This document shows, piece by piece, positions 29,864 to 38,330 of a DNA stretch of 64,000 nt; the first letter of the stretch is position 1, and each line of letters begins with the position of its first letter. The stretch is from Mycobacteriales bacterium (GTDB lineage: Bacteria; Actinomycetota; Actinomycetes; Mycobacteriales; SCTD01). The stretch spans positions 133 through 64,132 of the forward strand of contig JBBSTR010000004.1 in NCBI GenBank assembly GCA_038235705.1. Reading direction: 5' to 3'. Position numbers and translations under genes: made by a program. The notes beneath the pieces are model-generated. The model was not told where the DNA came from and searched no databases. It saw only the letters and a list, made by a program, of their open reading frames with translations.

Positions 29864-30913
29864 ATGGAACACAGGAACCTCGGTCACACCGGGATGATGG
29901 TCAGCCCGCTCTGCCTCGGCGCGATGATGTTCGGCGCGTGGGGCGAGCCCGACCACGACGTGTCGGTCTCGATCATCCACGCGGCGCTCGACGCCGGGAT
30001 CAACTTCGTCGACACCGCCGACATCTACGCCCGGGGTGAGTCCGAGGAGATCGTCGGCAAGGCGCTGGAGGGACGGCGCGACGACGTCATCCTGGCGACC
30101 AAGTTCCACGGCCCGATGGACGTGAACATGGGCGAGACCGGTGACCCGAACCGGCGCGGCAACTCTCGCCGCTGGATCGTCCGCGAGGTCGAGGACAGCC
30201 TTCGGCGGTTGCGTACCGACTGGATCGACCTCTACCAGGTGCACCGTCCCGACACGGGCACCGACGACGAGGAGACGCTGTCCGCGCTCACCGACCTCGT
30301 CACCGCGGGCAAGATCCGTGCTTTTGGGTCGTCGACGTTCCCCGCCTACCGGATCGTCGAGGACCAGTGGATCTCCGCACGGCGAGGCCTCGGTCGGTTC
30401 GTCTGCGAGCAGCCGCCTTACTCCCTGCTCAACCGCGGGATCGAGCGTGACGTGCTGCCGGTCGCCGAGAAGTACGGCATGGGGGTCATCCCGTGGAGCC
30501 CGCTGGCCGGCGGCTGGCTGACCGGCCGGTTCCGCAAGGGGCAGGAGGCTCCCCAGACCAACCGGGCCAAGATGATGCCGGGGCGGTTCGACCTGTCCGA
30601 CCCGGACAACCAGGCCCGCCTCGATGTCGTCGAGCAGCTCGCCGTGCTGGCCGCCGACGCGGGAGTGACGCTGGTGCACCTGGCGCTGGCCTTCGTCATG
30701 CAGCACCCGGGGGTCACAGCGCCGATCATGGGTCCGCGCACGCGGGAGCAGCTCGACACCCAGCTCGGCGCGATCGACGTGCAGCTCACTCCTGACGTGC
30801 TGGACCGGATCGACAAGATCGTGCCGCCCGGCCTGAACGTCGTCAACGACGGCAACGCGTACGAGACCGACGCCGTCCAGGATCCGTTTCTGCGCCGCCG
30901 CCGCACGGCCTAG
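29864..30913 (+). CDS. Aldo/keto reductase
   Basis: LCLGAMMFG, DTADIY, LATK, SLRRLRTDWIDLYQVH and WSPLAGG motifs. Confidence 0.94.
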   Translation: MEHRNLGHTGMMVSPLCLGAMMFGAWGEPDHDVSVSIIHAALDAGINFVDTADIYARGESEEIVGKALEGRRDDVILATKFHGPMDVNMGETGDPNRRGNSRRWIVREVEDSLRRLRTDWIDLYQVHRPDTGTDDEETLSALTDLVTAGKIRAFGSSTFPAYRIVEDQWISARRGLGRFVCEQPPYSLLNRGIERDVLPVAEKYGMGVIPWSPLAGGWLTGRFRKGQEAPQTNRAKMMPGRFDLSDPDNQARLDVVEQLAVLAADAGVTLVHLALAFVMQHPGVTAPIMGPRTREQLDTQLGAIDVQLTPDVLDRIDKIVPPGLNVVNDGNAYETDAVQDPFLRRRRTA

Positions 30914-30921
30914 TCCCTCGG

Positions 30922-31455
30922 TCAGGCAAACAGGCCGGGCAGGTCGATCTCTAGCCCCGGCAGGACGTCGCCGCCGGTCAGGATCGCGCTCTCGTGGGTC
31001 ACTCCGTCCGCGGTGTGGACGGCCACGAACCGCTGCGCCGGGTAGACGACCCAGACCAGCCGCACGCCCGCAGCCAGCCACCGTGCCGCGTTCTCGGCGA
31101 CCGCCCCCGCCCGGTCCGACGGGCTGATCACCTCGACGACGAGGTCGGGTGCGAGGTCGAGGAAGGCCTGCGACGTCGTGTCTGCCGGGACGCGGTCGGC
31201 GCCTACGAAGGCCACGTCCGGAGCCAGGACCGTGTCGGGATCGATGGCGATCCGAAAGCCCGTCTCCGCACCAAGCACATCGCCGAGCCCTGAGGCGAAC
31301 ACGTGCGCCGAGATCTGGAAGGACACACGACCTGTCGACCGCCCGTGCGGGTAGCCCGTCGGTGCCATCTGCCGCAGCTCCCCCTCGACCAGCTCACAGT
31401 GCCCGCCCAGCTCTTCGAGCTCCGCGGCGCTCACGGCTGTCGCGACGGCGGTCAT
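30922..31455 (-). CDS. Uma2 family PD-(D/E)xK endonuclease
   Basis: ELVEGEL..M.P, LAPDVAFV, APDLVVEVISPSD and GVRLVWVVYP motifs. Confidence 0.9.
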   Translation of the reverse strand: MTAVATAVSAAELEELGGHCELVEGELRQMAPTGYPHGRSTGRVSFQISAHVFASGLGDVLGAETGFRIAIDPDTVLAPDVAFVGADRVPADTTSQAFLDLAPDLVVEVISPSDRAGAVAENAARWLAAGVRLVWVVYPAQRFVAVHTADGVTHESAILTGGDVLPGLEIDLPGLFA

Positions 31456-31553
31456 GTCCGAGACGGTACGACAGACCCCGGGGTCGCGACCCGGCCGAGC
31501 CATAGGGTGTCGCGGGCCCGGGTCATCGCGACATAGAGCTGCCGGCGCCGACG
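31452..31553 (-). pseudogene. 3'-terminal relic of a UvrD-like SF1 helicase gene
   Basis: Minus strand reads RRRRQLYVAMTRARDTLWLGRVATPGSVVPSRT* (helicase motif VI). Its TGA overlaps the Uma2 ATG and there is no upstream gene body. Confidence 0.75.
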
Positions 31554-31577
31554 GTCGCCGCCGGCCGCTCGAGGTTC

Positions 31578-32225
31578 TCAGGACTCCCCGGTGATCAATC
31601 TGGTGGCGTACTCCCCCAGGTCGATCACGCCGCCCTCCGCCTCGGTCCGGTCGCGGTCGGCTGGGCTCAGCACGTCGTTCACCAGGTCCAGACGCTTCCA
31701 GCTCGGGAGGGGCTGGCCACCGGCCGCATCGGGGACGTACGGCGACGACACCACCCGCTCGTGCTTGTGGATGTAGCGCGCACAGTTGACGAAGGTGTTC
31801 TCCACCGTGACGGTCACCAGCTGCACCGAGCCCGGGTAGCGCTCGGTGTCCGCCGCCGAGACTGTCGCCCGGCCCTGCACCCGCACCCGGTGCGGCGTCT
31901 CGAGGTCGATGAACAGCATCCCAACCTGGCCGGTGTCGGCGACGTTGCCCATCGACAGGAACATCCCGTTCCCGTCGTAGTCCGGGAAGATCACGGTCTT
32001 AGGGTCGAGGACGGTCACCAGCCCGACCGGCCCGCCCTTGTACGACACGGTCGGCATCCCGCCGGAGTCGACCGTGGCCAGGAAGAAGAAGTCGCGGCTC
32101 GCCACGAAGTCGTCGTGCGGCGCGCCGAGGGTGTCGGCCATGATCGTGGCGGTCCAGCGGTCTGCCAGCGCGGTCGAGCCGAACTGCTCCTGCATCGTCG
32201 TCTGTGCCTGGGTGTACGGGTCCAC
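31578..32225 (-). CDS. Pyridoxamine 5'-phosphate oxidase-like FMN-binding protein
   Basis: FFFLATVD..G.PTVSYKGG, FPDYDGNGMFLSMGN and NCARYIH motifs. Confidence 0.87.
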   Translation of the reverse strand: MDPYTQAQTTMQEQFGSTALADRWTATIMADTLGAPHDDFVASRDFFFLATVDSGGMPTVSYKGGPVGLVTVLDPKTVIFPDYDGNGMFLSMGNVADTGQVGMLFIDLETPHRVRVQGRATVSAADTERYPGSVQLVTVTVENTFVNCARYIHKHERVVSSPYVPDAAGGQPLPSWKRLDLVNDVLSPADRDRTEAEGGVIDLGEYATRLITGES

Positions 32226-32266
32226 GGGATGCTCCTCTGATCGACGGGCGACCAGGTCACCATGCC

Positions 32267-33097
32267 CTAGAGCCGCGTCCTGACCTCCCACAGCTCCGGG
32301 AAGAGCACGATGGACAGGACGCTGCGCAGATAGCCCACGCCGCTGGTGCCTCCCGAGCCGGTCTTGAAGCCGATCACCCGCTGCACGGTCGTCATGTGGT
32401 TGAAGCGCCAGCGCCGGAAGTTGTCCTCGACGTCGATGAGCTTCTCGGCCAGCTCGTACAGGTCCCAGTAGGTCTCGTGGTCGCGGTAGACGGTGAGCCA
32501 GGACGCGAGCACGGTCTCGTCCAGCTCCGGGGGCTGGGTCAGGTCCCGGTTGAGCACCTCGGGCGGCACCGGGAGCCCTCGCTCGGCCAGCAGGCGCAGG
32601 GCCAGGTCGTACAGGCTGGGGGCGTGCAGCACGGCCTCCAGCGGGTCGTGCAGGTCGGGCCGGTGCTCGTGCGGGCGTAGCAGGCTGGCGTTGCGGTTGC
32701 CGAGCAGGAACTCCACGGTGCGATAGCTGGTCGACTGGAAGCCTGAGGCGTGCCCGAAGGCGTCCCGAAACTCCAGGTAGTCCGCGGGGGTCAGGGTCTT
32801 GAGGACCTCCCACGCGTTGGTCAGCTGCTCCTGGGCCCGCACCACCCGGGTGAGCATCTTCAGCGGCGCATCGGTGATCCCGTCCTCCAGCAGCGTCATC
32901 GCGGCCCTCAGCTCGCGCACGATCAGCTCCAGCCACACCTCCGACACGTGGTGGACGGCGATGAACAGGTGCTCGTCGTGCGCCTCGGTGATCGGCCGGT
33001 GGGCCGCCTTCAGGGTGTCGAGCTGCAGATAGTCGCCATAGCTCAGACTCTGCGTGAAGTCGGTGTAGGCACTGTCCGCGCCGTCCGGCTCGGTCAT
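32267..33097 (-). CDS. kynA: Tryptophan 2,3-dioxygenase
   Basis: SYGDYLQLD, HDEHLFI.VHH, ASGFQS..YR, WRFNH..TV.RVIG.KTGSGGTSGV.YL and FPELW motifs. Confidence 0.95.
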   Translation of the reverse strand: MTEPDGADSAYTDFTQSLSYGDYLQLDTLKAAHRPITEAHDEHLFIAVHHVSEVWLELIVRELRAAMTLLEDGITDAPLKMLTRVVRAQEQLTNAWEVLKTLTPADYLEFRDAFGHASGFQSTSYRTVEFLLGNRNASLLRPHEHRPDLHDPLEAVLHAPSLYDLALRLLAERGLPVPPEVLNRDLTQPPELDETVLASWLTVYRDHETYWDLYELAEKLIDVEDNFRRWRFNHMTTVQRVIGFKTGSGGTSGVGYLRSVLSIVLFPELWEVRTRL

Positions 33098-34308
33098 GCC
33101 CGGTCCTCAAGCACCCGGGCGATGCCCTTCACGGCGTGCCACACGTCCTCGTGCGAGTGGTACAGCGGTGTGAACCCGAACCGCAGGATGTCTGGCGTAC
33201 GGAAATCCCCGAGGATGCCTTGGTCGATCAGCTCCTCCATGACCGCGCCCGCCTCGGCGTGCCGGTAGGAGACATGGCTGCCCCGGTCGACGTGCTCGCG
33301 GGGGGTCACCAGGGTGAGCCCCTCCAGCGGCTCCATCAGGTCGATGAACGTGTCGGTCAGCGACAGCGACTTGGCCCGGAGCTGGTCGAGGTCCACGCCC
33401 GAGAACACGTCGAGGGCGGCGTCCAGCGCCGACAGGTTGAGCACCGCGGGGGTCCCCACCACGTAGCGGCGGGCGCCTGGTGCCGGCGTGTAGGTGCGGG
33501 CCATCTCGAACGGGTCGGCGTGACCCATCCATCCGGCGAGGAACGCCGGGGCGTCGGACTGGTGCCGCTCGGCGACGAACAGGAAGCTGGGGGCGCCGGG
33601 ACCACCGTTCAGATATTTGTAGCCACAGCCCACGGCGAAGTCGGCGCCGGCGCCGTTGAGGTCCACCGGGAACGCGCCGGCGGAGTGGGCCAGGTCCCAC
33701 ACGGTGAGGACCCCCCGCTCTTGGGCCAGCGCCGTCAGACCGGCCAGGTCGAGCCTGCGCCCGGTGCGGTAGTCGACCTCGGTCAGCAGCATCAGCGCGA
33801 CCTCGTCGGTCAGGTGCTCCGCCACCTGCGCGGACGGGACGGCCCGGACCTCGTAGCGCTCGCCCAGCAGGTCGTTCAGCCCCTGCGCGACATAGAGATC
33901 GGTAGGAAAGTTGTCGGCGTCGGTGAGGATCACCCGGCGCTCGGTCGGGGCCATCGACAGCGCCGCGGCGAGCAGCTTGAACAGGTTGACGCTGGTGCTG
34001 TCACCGACGGCGACCTCGTGCGGCTGCGCACCGATCAGGGGGGCGATCTTGGCCGCGACCCGGTCGGGCAGCTGCATCCAGTCCTGCTCGTCCCCGGCCG
34101 TCCAGGAGCGGATCAGCTGACCGCCCCACTCCTGCTCGACGACGCGTGCCAGACGCTCGGGCACGGCACGGGGAAGCGCGCCCAGGCTGTTGCCGTCCAG
34201 GTAGACCACCCCGTCGGGGAGAGTGAACTCGGCGCGCTTGTGGGCCAGCGGGTCGCGGGCGTCCTTCTCCCGCAGCTGTTCCAGGACGGGATCTGCGGTA
34301 ACGGTCAT
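33094..34308 (-). CDS. kynU: Kynureninase
   Basis: YLDGNSLG, DSTSVNLFK, FPTDLY, WDLAHSAGA, GCGYKYLNGGPG (PLP Lys), RGSH and LRFG motifs. Confidence 0.95.
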   Translation of the reverse strand: MTVTADPVLEQLREKDARDPLAHKRAEFTLPDGVVYLDGNSLGALPRAVPERLARVVEQEWGGQLIRSWTAGDEQDWMQLPDRVAAKIAPLIGAQPHEVAVGDSTSVNLFKLLAAALSMAPTERRVILTDADNFPTDLYVAQGLNDLLGERYEVRAVPSAQVAEHLTDEVALMLLTEVDYRTGRRLDLAGLTALAQERGVLTVWDLAHSAGAFPVDLNGAGADFAVGCGYKYLNGGPGAPSFLFVAERHQSDAPAFLAGWMGHADPFEMARTYTPAPGARRYVVGTPAVLNLSALDAALDVFSGVDLDQLRAKSLSLTDTFIDLMEPLEGLTLVTPREHVDRGSHVSYRHAEAGAVMEELIDQGILGDFRTPDILRFGFTPLYHSHEDVWHAVKGIARVLEDRA

Positions 34309-34422
34309 CCGCACACCCTGCCGTACGGGTCGCCTCGGTCCACAGATCGACCCGGTCCTCACCACGCGACCTTCGAGACTGTCAGCGTGGGAGCATGACC
34401 CCGACACCGCAGGAGGACGCAC

Positions 34423-34965
34423 ATGAGCGTGATGCCGCATGACCGCGCGTGGACGGTGGCCGACCTCGCCGACACCCCCGACGACGGGTTCCGCTACGAG
34501 CTGTGCGACGGGGTGCTGCTCGTGACGAGCGGCCCGAGCAACGCACACCAGATCGTCGTCGGCGAGCTGCACCTGTTGCTCCGGGCGGGCTGCCCACGCG
34601 AGATGCGGGTGATGCTCGCACCGACCGGCTACGAACCGACGGACCGTCGGTCGTTCCAGCCCGACCTGCTGGTCGCCTGGCGGGCCGACGTCACGCACGC
34701 GCCGATCAGCGCGCCGCTGCTCCTGGCCGTCGAGGTGCTGTCACCCTCGACCCGGTCGGTCGACCTGGTCCTGAAAAGGGCCATGTACGAGGAGAGTGGC
34801 GTCGCGACCTACGTCGTGGTCGACCCGCTCGTCCCGTCCGTCCAGGCGTGGGCGCTGCAGGACGGCCACTACGCCGAGCTCGGGACGGCCACCGACGACG
34901 AGTCTCTCGTGCTGGAGGCACCCTTCCCGATCGTTCTCGTCCCGTCCCGGCTGCTCGACCTGTGA
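34423..34965 (+). CDS. Uma2 family PD-(D/E)xK endonuclease
   Basis: PDDGFRYEL.DG.L.V, QPDLLV and LAVEVLSPST..D...K..Y; AGGAGG RBS. Confidence 0.9.
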   Translation: MSVMPHDRAWTVADLADTPDDGFRYELCDGVLLVTSGPSNAHQIVVGELHLLLRAGCPREMRVMLAPTGYEPTDRRSFQPDLLVAWRADVTHAPISAPLLLAVEVLSPSTRSVDLVLKRAMYEESGVATYVVVDPLVPSVQAWALQDGHYAELGTATDDESLVLEAPFPIVLVPSRLLDL

Positions 34966-35064
34966 CCCGGGTCCGGCCCCAGGGCGCGTGACCGCGGCAG
35001 ACCTCGTCAGGACGCTGTGCTGATGCATGGCCCGGGCGCTTGACGCGACCGGGACGCTGAGCAG

Positions 35065-35856
35065 GTGCACGACTACGCCGTACGCACCCCCGCTCCCGCC
35101 CTGCGGCCCTACGTCGCCGGCTACACGGGCTACCGGACCGTGGACGAGCCGCCGGAGGTGCACCGCGGGCTGCCGAGCCCGTGGGTGACGGTGATCCTGA
35201 CCCTGGACGACCCGCTGCACCTGACGCACGCCAGCTTCGACGCGCTGGTCGGCGGCCTGCACCGCACGCCGGTGCTGATCCACCACGACGGGCAGCAGTC
35301 CGGGATCCAGCTCGCCGTACGACCGCTGGGGTGCCGGGCGCTGTTCGGCCTGCCCGCGGGAGAGCTGAGCCGAGCAGACCTGCACCTGGGCGACGTGGTC
35401 GGGGCTGCGGCACGACGGATGAGGGAGCAGCTTCTCGACGTCCTCACCTGGGAAGACCGGTTCGACCTGCTCGACCGGCTGCTGCTCGGCTGGATCCAGG
35501 ACGTGCCTCCACCGCTGCCCAGCATGACCAAGGCCGTCCAGGCGCTCGGGCGAGGCTCCCCCGTCGGACGCACCGCGGACGAGCTCGGTCTGAGCGCTCG
35601 ACGGCTCCAGCAGCTGATGGTCACCGAGACCGGGCTGGCGCCGAAGGCGTATGCCCGGGTGGCGCGCTTCGACCGGGCGCGGCGCCTGCTCCCTCACGCC
35701 AGGAGCCTCGCCGGGCTGGCGCACGACCTGGGTTACGCCGACCAGTCCCACCTGACCCGGGAGTTCACCGCGCACGCCGGGCTGGCCCCGACGGCGTGGC
35801 TCGCGGCGGAGGGTTTCCGAAACGTCCATGACGACCTGCTGCGCGCAGGGGAATGA
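35065..35856 (+). CDS. AraC-family transcriptional regulator
   Basis: PAPALRPYV N-terminus; C-terminal HTH GLAPK...RF...GYADQSHLTREF. Confidence 0.9.
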   Translation: MHDYAVRTPAPALRPYVAGYTGYRTVDEPPEVHRGLPSPWVTVILTLDDPLHLTHASFDALVGGLHRTPVLIHHDGQQSGIQLAVRPLGCRALFGLPAGELSRADLHLGDVVGAAARRMREQLLDVLTWEDRFDLLDRLLLGWIQDVPPPLPSMTKAVQALGRGSPVGRTADELGLSARRLQQLMVTETGLAPKAYARVARFDRARRLLPHARSLAGLAHDLGYADQSHLTREFTAHAGLAPTAWLAAEGFRNVHDDLLRAGE

Positions 35857-35863
35857 TCACGTC

Positions 35864-36241
35864 ATGACAACTTTCTGGTCCTGCACCCGCGCTGAGGACC
35901 CGCGTGCCCTCATCCGCTTCCTCGTCGACGCGTTCGGCTTCACCGAGGTGGTCACCTACGGAGACGGTGACGACGTGCACCATGCCGAGCTGGCCGGACC
36001 GTACGGCGGCGGGATCATGCTCAGCGGCAAGCGTCCCGACAACCCGGCGGCCGTCAGCGATCACCTGTCGGTCTACCTCGTCGTCCCGGACACGCAGACC
36101 TTCTTCGAGCGCGCGGTGGCGGCCGGCGCGGAGGTCGTCCTGGAGCCGTACGACACCGACTACGGCTCCCGAGACTGTGCGCTGCGTGACCCGGCGGGCA
36201 ACGTCTGGTCGATCGGGACCTACGCGGGGCACACCGGCTGA
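35864..36241 (+). CDS. VOC/glyoxalase family protein
   Basis: FLVDAFGF, HAEL and DTDYGSR....RDPAGNVWSIGTY motifs. Confidence 0.9.
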   Translation: MTTFWSCTRAEDPRALIRFLVDAFGFTEVVTYGDGDDVHHAELAGPYGGGIMLSGKRPDNPAAVSDHLSVYLVVPDTQTFFERAVAAGAEVVLEPYDTDYGSRDCALRDPAGNVWSIGTYAGHTG

Positions 36242-36354
36242 GGTGGGTGCCACGAGCATGATCAGTCGTCACCACGGCGCATGTCTTAACGCAGACTGAA
36301 GCGTGCTTCGCCGCCGGACAGCGTCTGCTCAGCCGCGCTGGCGAGAGTCGCAGC

Positions 36355-36471
36355 ATGACTTCACGGTGCACCATCCAGGACCGACCACGCCGCCCAGCGT
36401 CGTTCTCCTCCCGGCCGGTTCCCGGCGTCGCCCGGCCAGCGGCGGCTGTCCCCGAGCCCGGGTCCCGCTGA
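36355..36471 (+). CDS. Possible 38-aa small ORF coupled to asnB
   Basis: MTSRCTIQDRPRRPASFSSRPVPGVARPAAAVPEPGSR*; GAGAG 7 nt upstream; TGA overlaps the asnB ATG (TGATG). Confidence 0.3.
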   Translation: MTSRCTIQDRPRRPASFSSRPVPGVARPAAAVPEPGSR

Positions 36472-38330
36472 TGTGCGGGATCGCCGGTTGGGCCGGCCGG
36501 GGCGCCCCGGCGGGCTGGCTGGCCGAGATGTCTGCCTGCCTGGCACACCGCGGCCCGGACGGCAGCGGCGCGCAGCAGTGGCCGGACGCCGGGCTCGCGT
36601 TCCGGCGACTGGCCCTGGTCGACCTGATCCACGGCGCCCAGCCCGCCAGCGACGAGCGCGGCCGCTACTGGTCAGTGTTCAACGGGGAGATCTACAACCA
36701 CGCTGAGCTGCGTGCGCAGCTGCACGCTCTCGGTCACCGGCTGAACGGCTCCGGCGACGCCGACCTGGTCCCGCACCTCTACGAGCAGTGGGGCCCGCAG
36801 ATGCTCACGCGGCTGCGCGGGATGTTCGCGATCGCCGTGCTCGACCGGCACACCGGCGAGCTGTTCCTCGCCCGGGACCCGTTCGGCATCAAGCCGCTGT
36901 ACTGGACCGTCTCCTCGGGCCGGCTGGCGTTCGCCTCCGAGGTCGGCGCGCTGCGGGCGGTCGGCTTGGTGCCGGACGACCCGGACCCGCAGGCGGTCGC
37001 TGACTACCTTGCCTTCGGGTACGTGCCACAGCCCCGCACGATGTGGGCCGGGGTGCACATGCTCCCGGCGGGCCACAGCCTGACGTGGCGCGACGGGAAG
37101 GCCGAGCTCGGGTGCTGGACGCAGGTCGCGTTCGAGGCGGATGATCGTCGGGGGCTGGACGGCTGTGCCAGCGACGTCCTGGCTGCCGTCGAGAACTCGG
37201 TCGCGGTGCACCTGAACGCGGACGTGCCGGTCGGGGCGTACCTGTCCAGCGGCGTCGACTCCAGCCTGATCGCCGCGCTGGCTGCCCGCAGGCAGCCGCT
37301 GGACACCTTCAGCATCGGCTTCGAAGGCAGCGAAGGCGCCACCAGCGAACTGGCCGCCGCCCGGCAGCTCGCCGCCCGGCTCGGCACCCGCCACCACGAG
37401 CAGGTCGTCACCGCCGAGGAGTACTGGAGGGCGCTCCCGCAGATCCTCGGCGCCCAGGAGGAACCGTTGGCCGACCCCAGCGCGCCGGCCCTGTGGTTCC
37501 TGGCCCGCTCGGCCAGCCAGCACGTCAAGGCGGTGCTGTCCGGCGAGGGCGCTGACGAGCTGTTCGGCGGCTACCCCATCTACCGGGAGCCGCACGCCTT
37601 ACGAGCGGTGACCGTATTGCCACCGGCCGGCCGCACCGCCTTGCGCAGGCTGTCCACCTGGCTGCCCGCCGACCGGCCCGGACGCAACTTCCTCGAGCGA
37701 GCCACCACCCCTCTGGAACGGCGGTTCCTGGGCAACGTCCCGGTCTTCACCGACGAGGAGGTCCGCGCTCTGCTGGCCGACCCCGCCGGAGACCTGCGCA
37801 CGGCAGAGGAGGTCGTCGCGCCGTTCTATCGCGGCACCGAGCACCTGGATGACGTGGCCCGGATGCAGACCGTCAGCTGTCAGACGTGGTTGCCCAGCAG
37901 CATCTTGGCCAAGGCCGACAAGATGGCCATGGCACACGGGCTCGAAGTCCGGGTGCCCTACCTCGATCGAGACGTGCTCGCCATCGCGCAGCGGCTGCCC
38001 GAGCGGCTGCGGGTCCGAGGCCCGCACACGAAGACCGCGCTGAGGGCCGCCGCAGCGAGGATCCTGCCGGCCGAGGTGGCAGCCCGGCCCAAGCTCGGGT
38101 TCCCGGTACCGTTCAGGGCGTGGTTGAAGGGGCCGGCAGCCGAGAGCGTCCGCGAGCTGTTCGCCCAGGGCGACGACGCGACCCTCAACAGGGTGGCGCT
38201 GATGGGCGTGCTGGACGCGCCGTCCGGCCCGGCCCGCGAGAAGCGGGCGTGGTCGGTGCTGACCTATCTGCTCTGGCGCCAGCAACAGGCGTCTCGCCCC
38301 ACGTCGCCAGAGTGTCTGCTCACGCTGTAG
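36471..38330 (+). CDS. asnB: Glutamine-hydrolysing asparagine synthase-family amidotransferase (AsnB/LtsA-like)
   Basis: N-terminal MCGIAG, HRGPD, FNGEIYN, ARDPFGIKPLY, LSSGVDSS, LSGEGADELFGGY, KADKM.MAHGLEVRVP and KLGFPVP motifs. Confidence 0.93.
   Translation: MCGIAGWAGRGAPAGWLAEMSACLAHRGPDGSGAQQWPDAGLAFRRLALVDLIHGAQPASDERGRYWSVFNGEIYNHAELRAQLHALGHRLNGSGDADLVPHLYEQWGPQMLTRLRGMFAIAVLDRHTGELFLARDPFGIKPLYWTVSSGRLAFASEVGALRAVGLVPDDPDPQAVADYLAFGYVPQPRTMWAGVHMLPAGHSLTWRDGKAELGCWTQVAFEADDRRGLDGCASDVLAAVENSVAVHLNADVPVGAYLSSGVDSSLIAALAARRQPLDTFSIGFEGSEGATSELAAARQLAARLGTRHHEQVVTAEEYWRALPQILGAQEEPLADPSAPALWFLARSASQHVKAVLSGEGADELFGGYPIYREPHALRAVTVLPPAGRTALRRLSTWLPADRPGRNFLERATTPLERRFLGNVPVFTDEEVRALLADPAGDLRTAEEVVAPFYRGTEHLDDVARMQTVSCQTWLPSSILAKADKMAMAHGLEVRVPYLDRDVLAIAQRLPERLRVRGPHTKTALRAAAARILPAEVAARPKLGFPVPFRAWLKGPAAESVRELFAQGDDATLNRVALMGVLDAPSGPAREKRAWSVLTYLLWRQQQASRPTSPECLLTL

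Noticed and set aside
34336..34344. TGTGGACCG upstream of kynU as a third member of the 37-nt promoter class
   Set aside because: It has two mismatches to the box and a 27-nt spacing.
36286..36330. Minus-strand EQTLSGGEAR resembling an ABC signature
   Set aside because: Too short and without Walker B context; likely chance.
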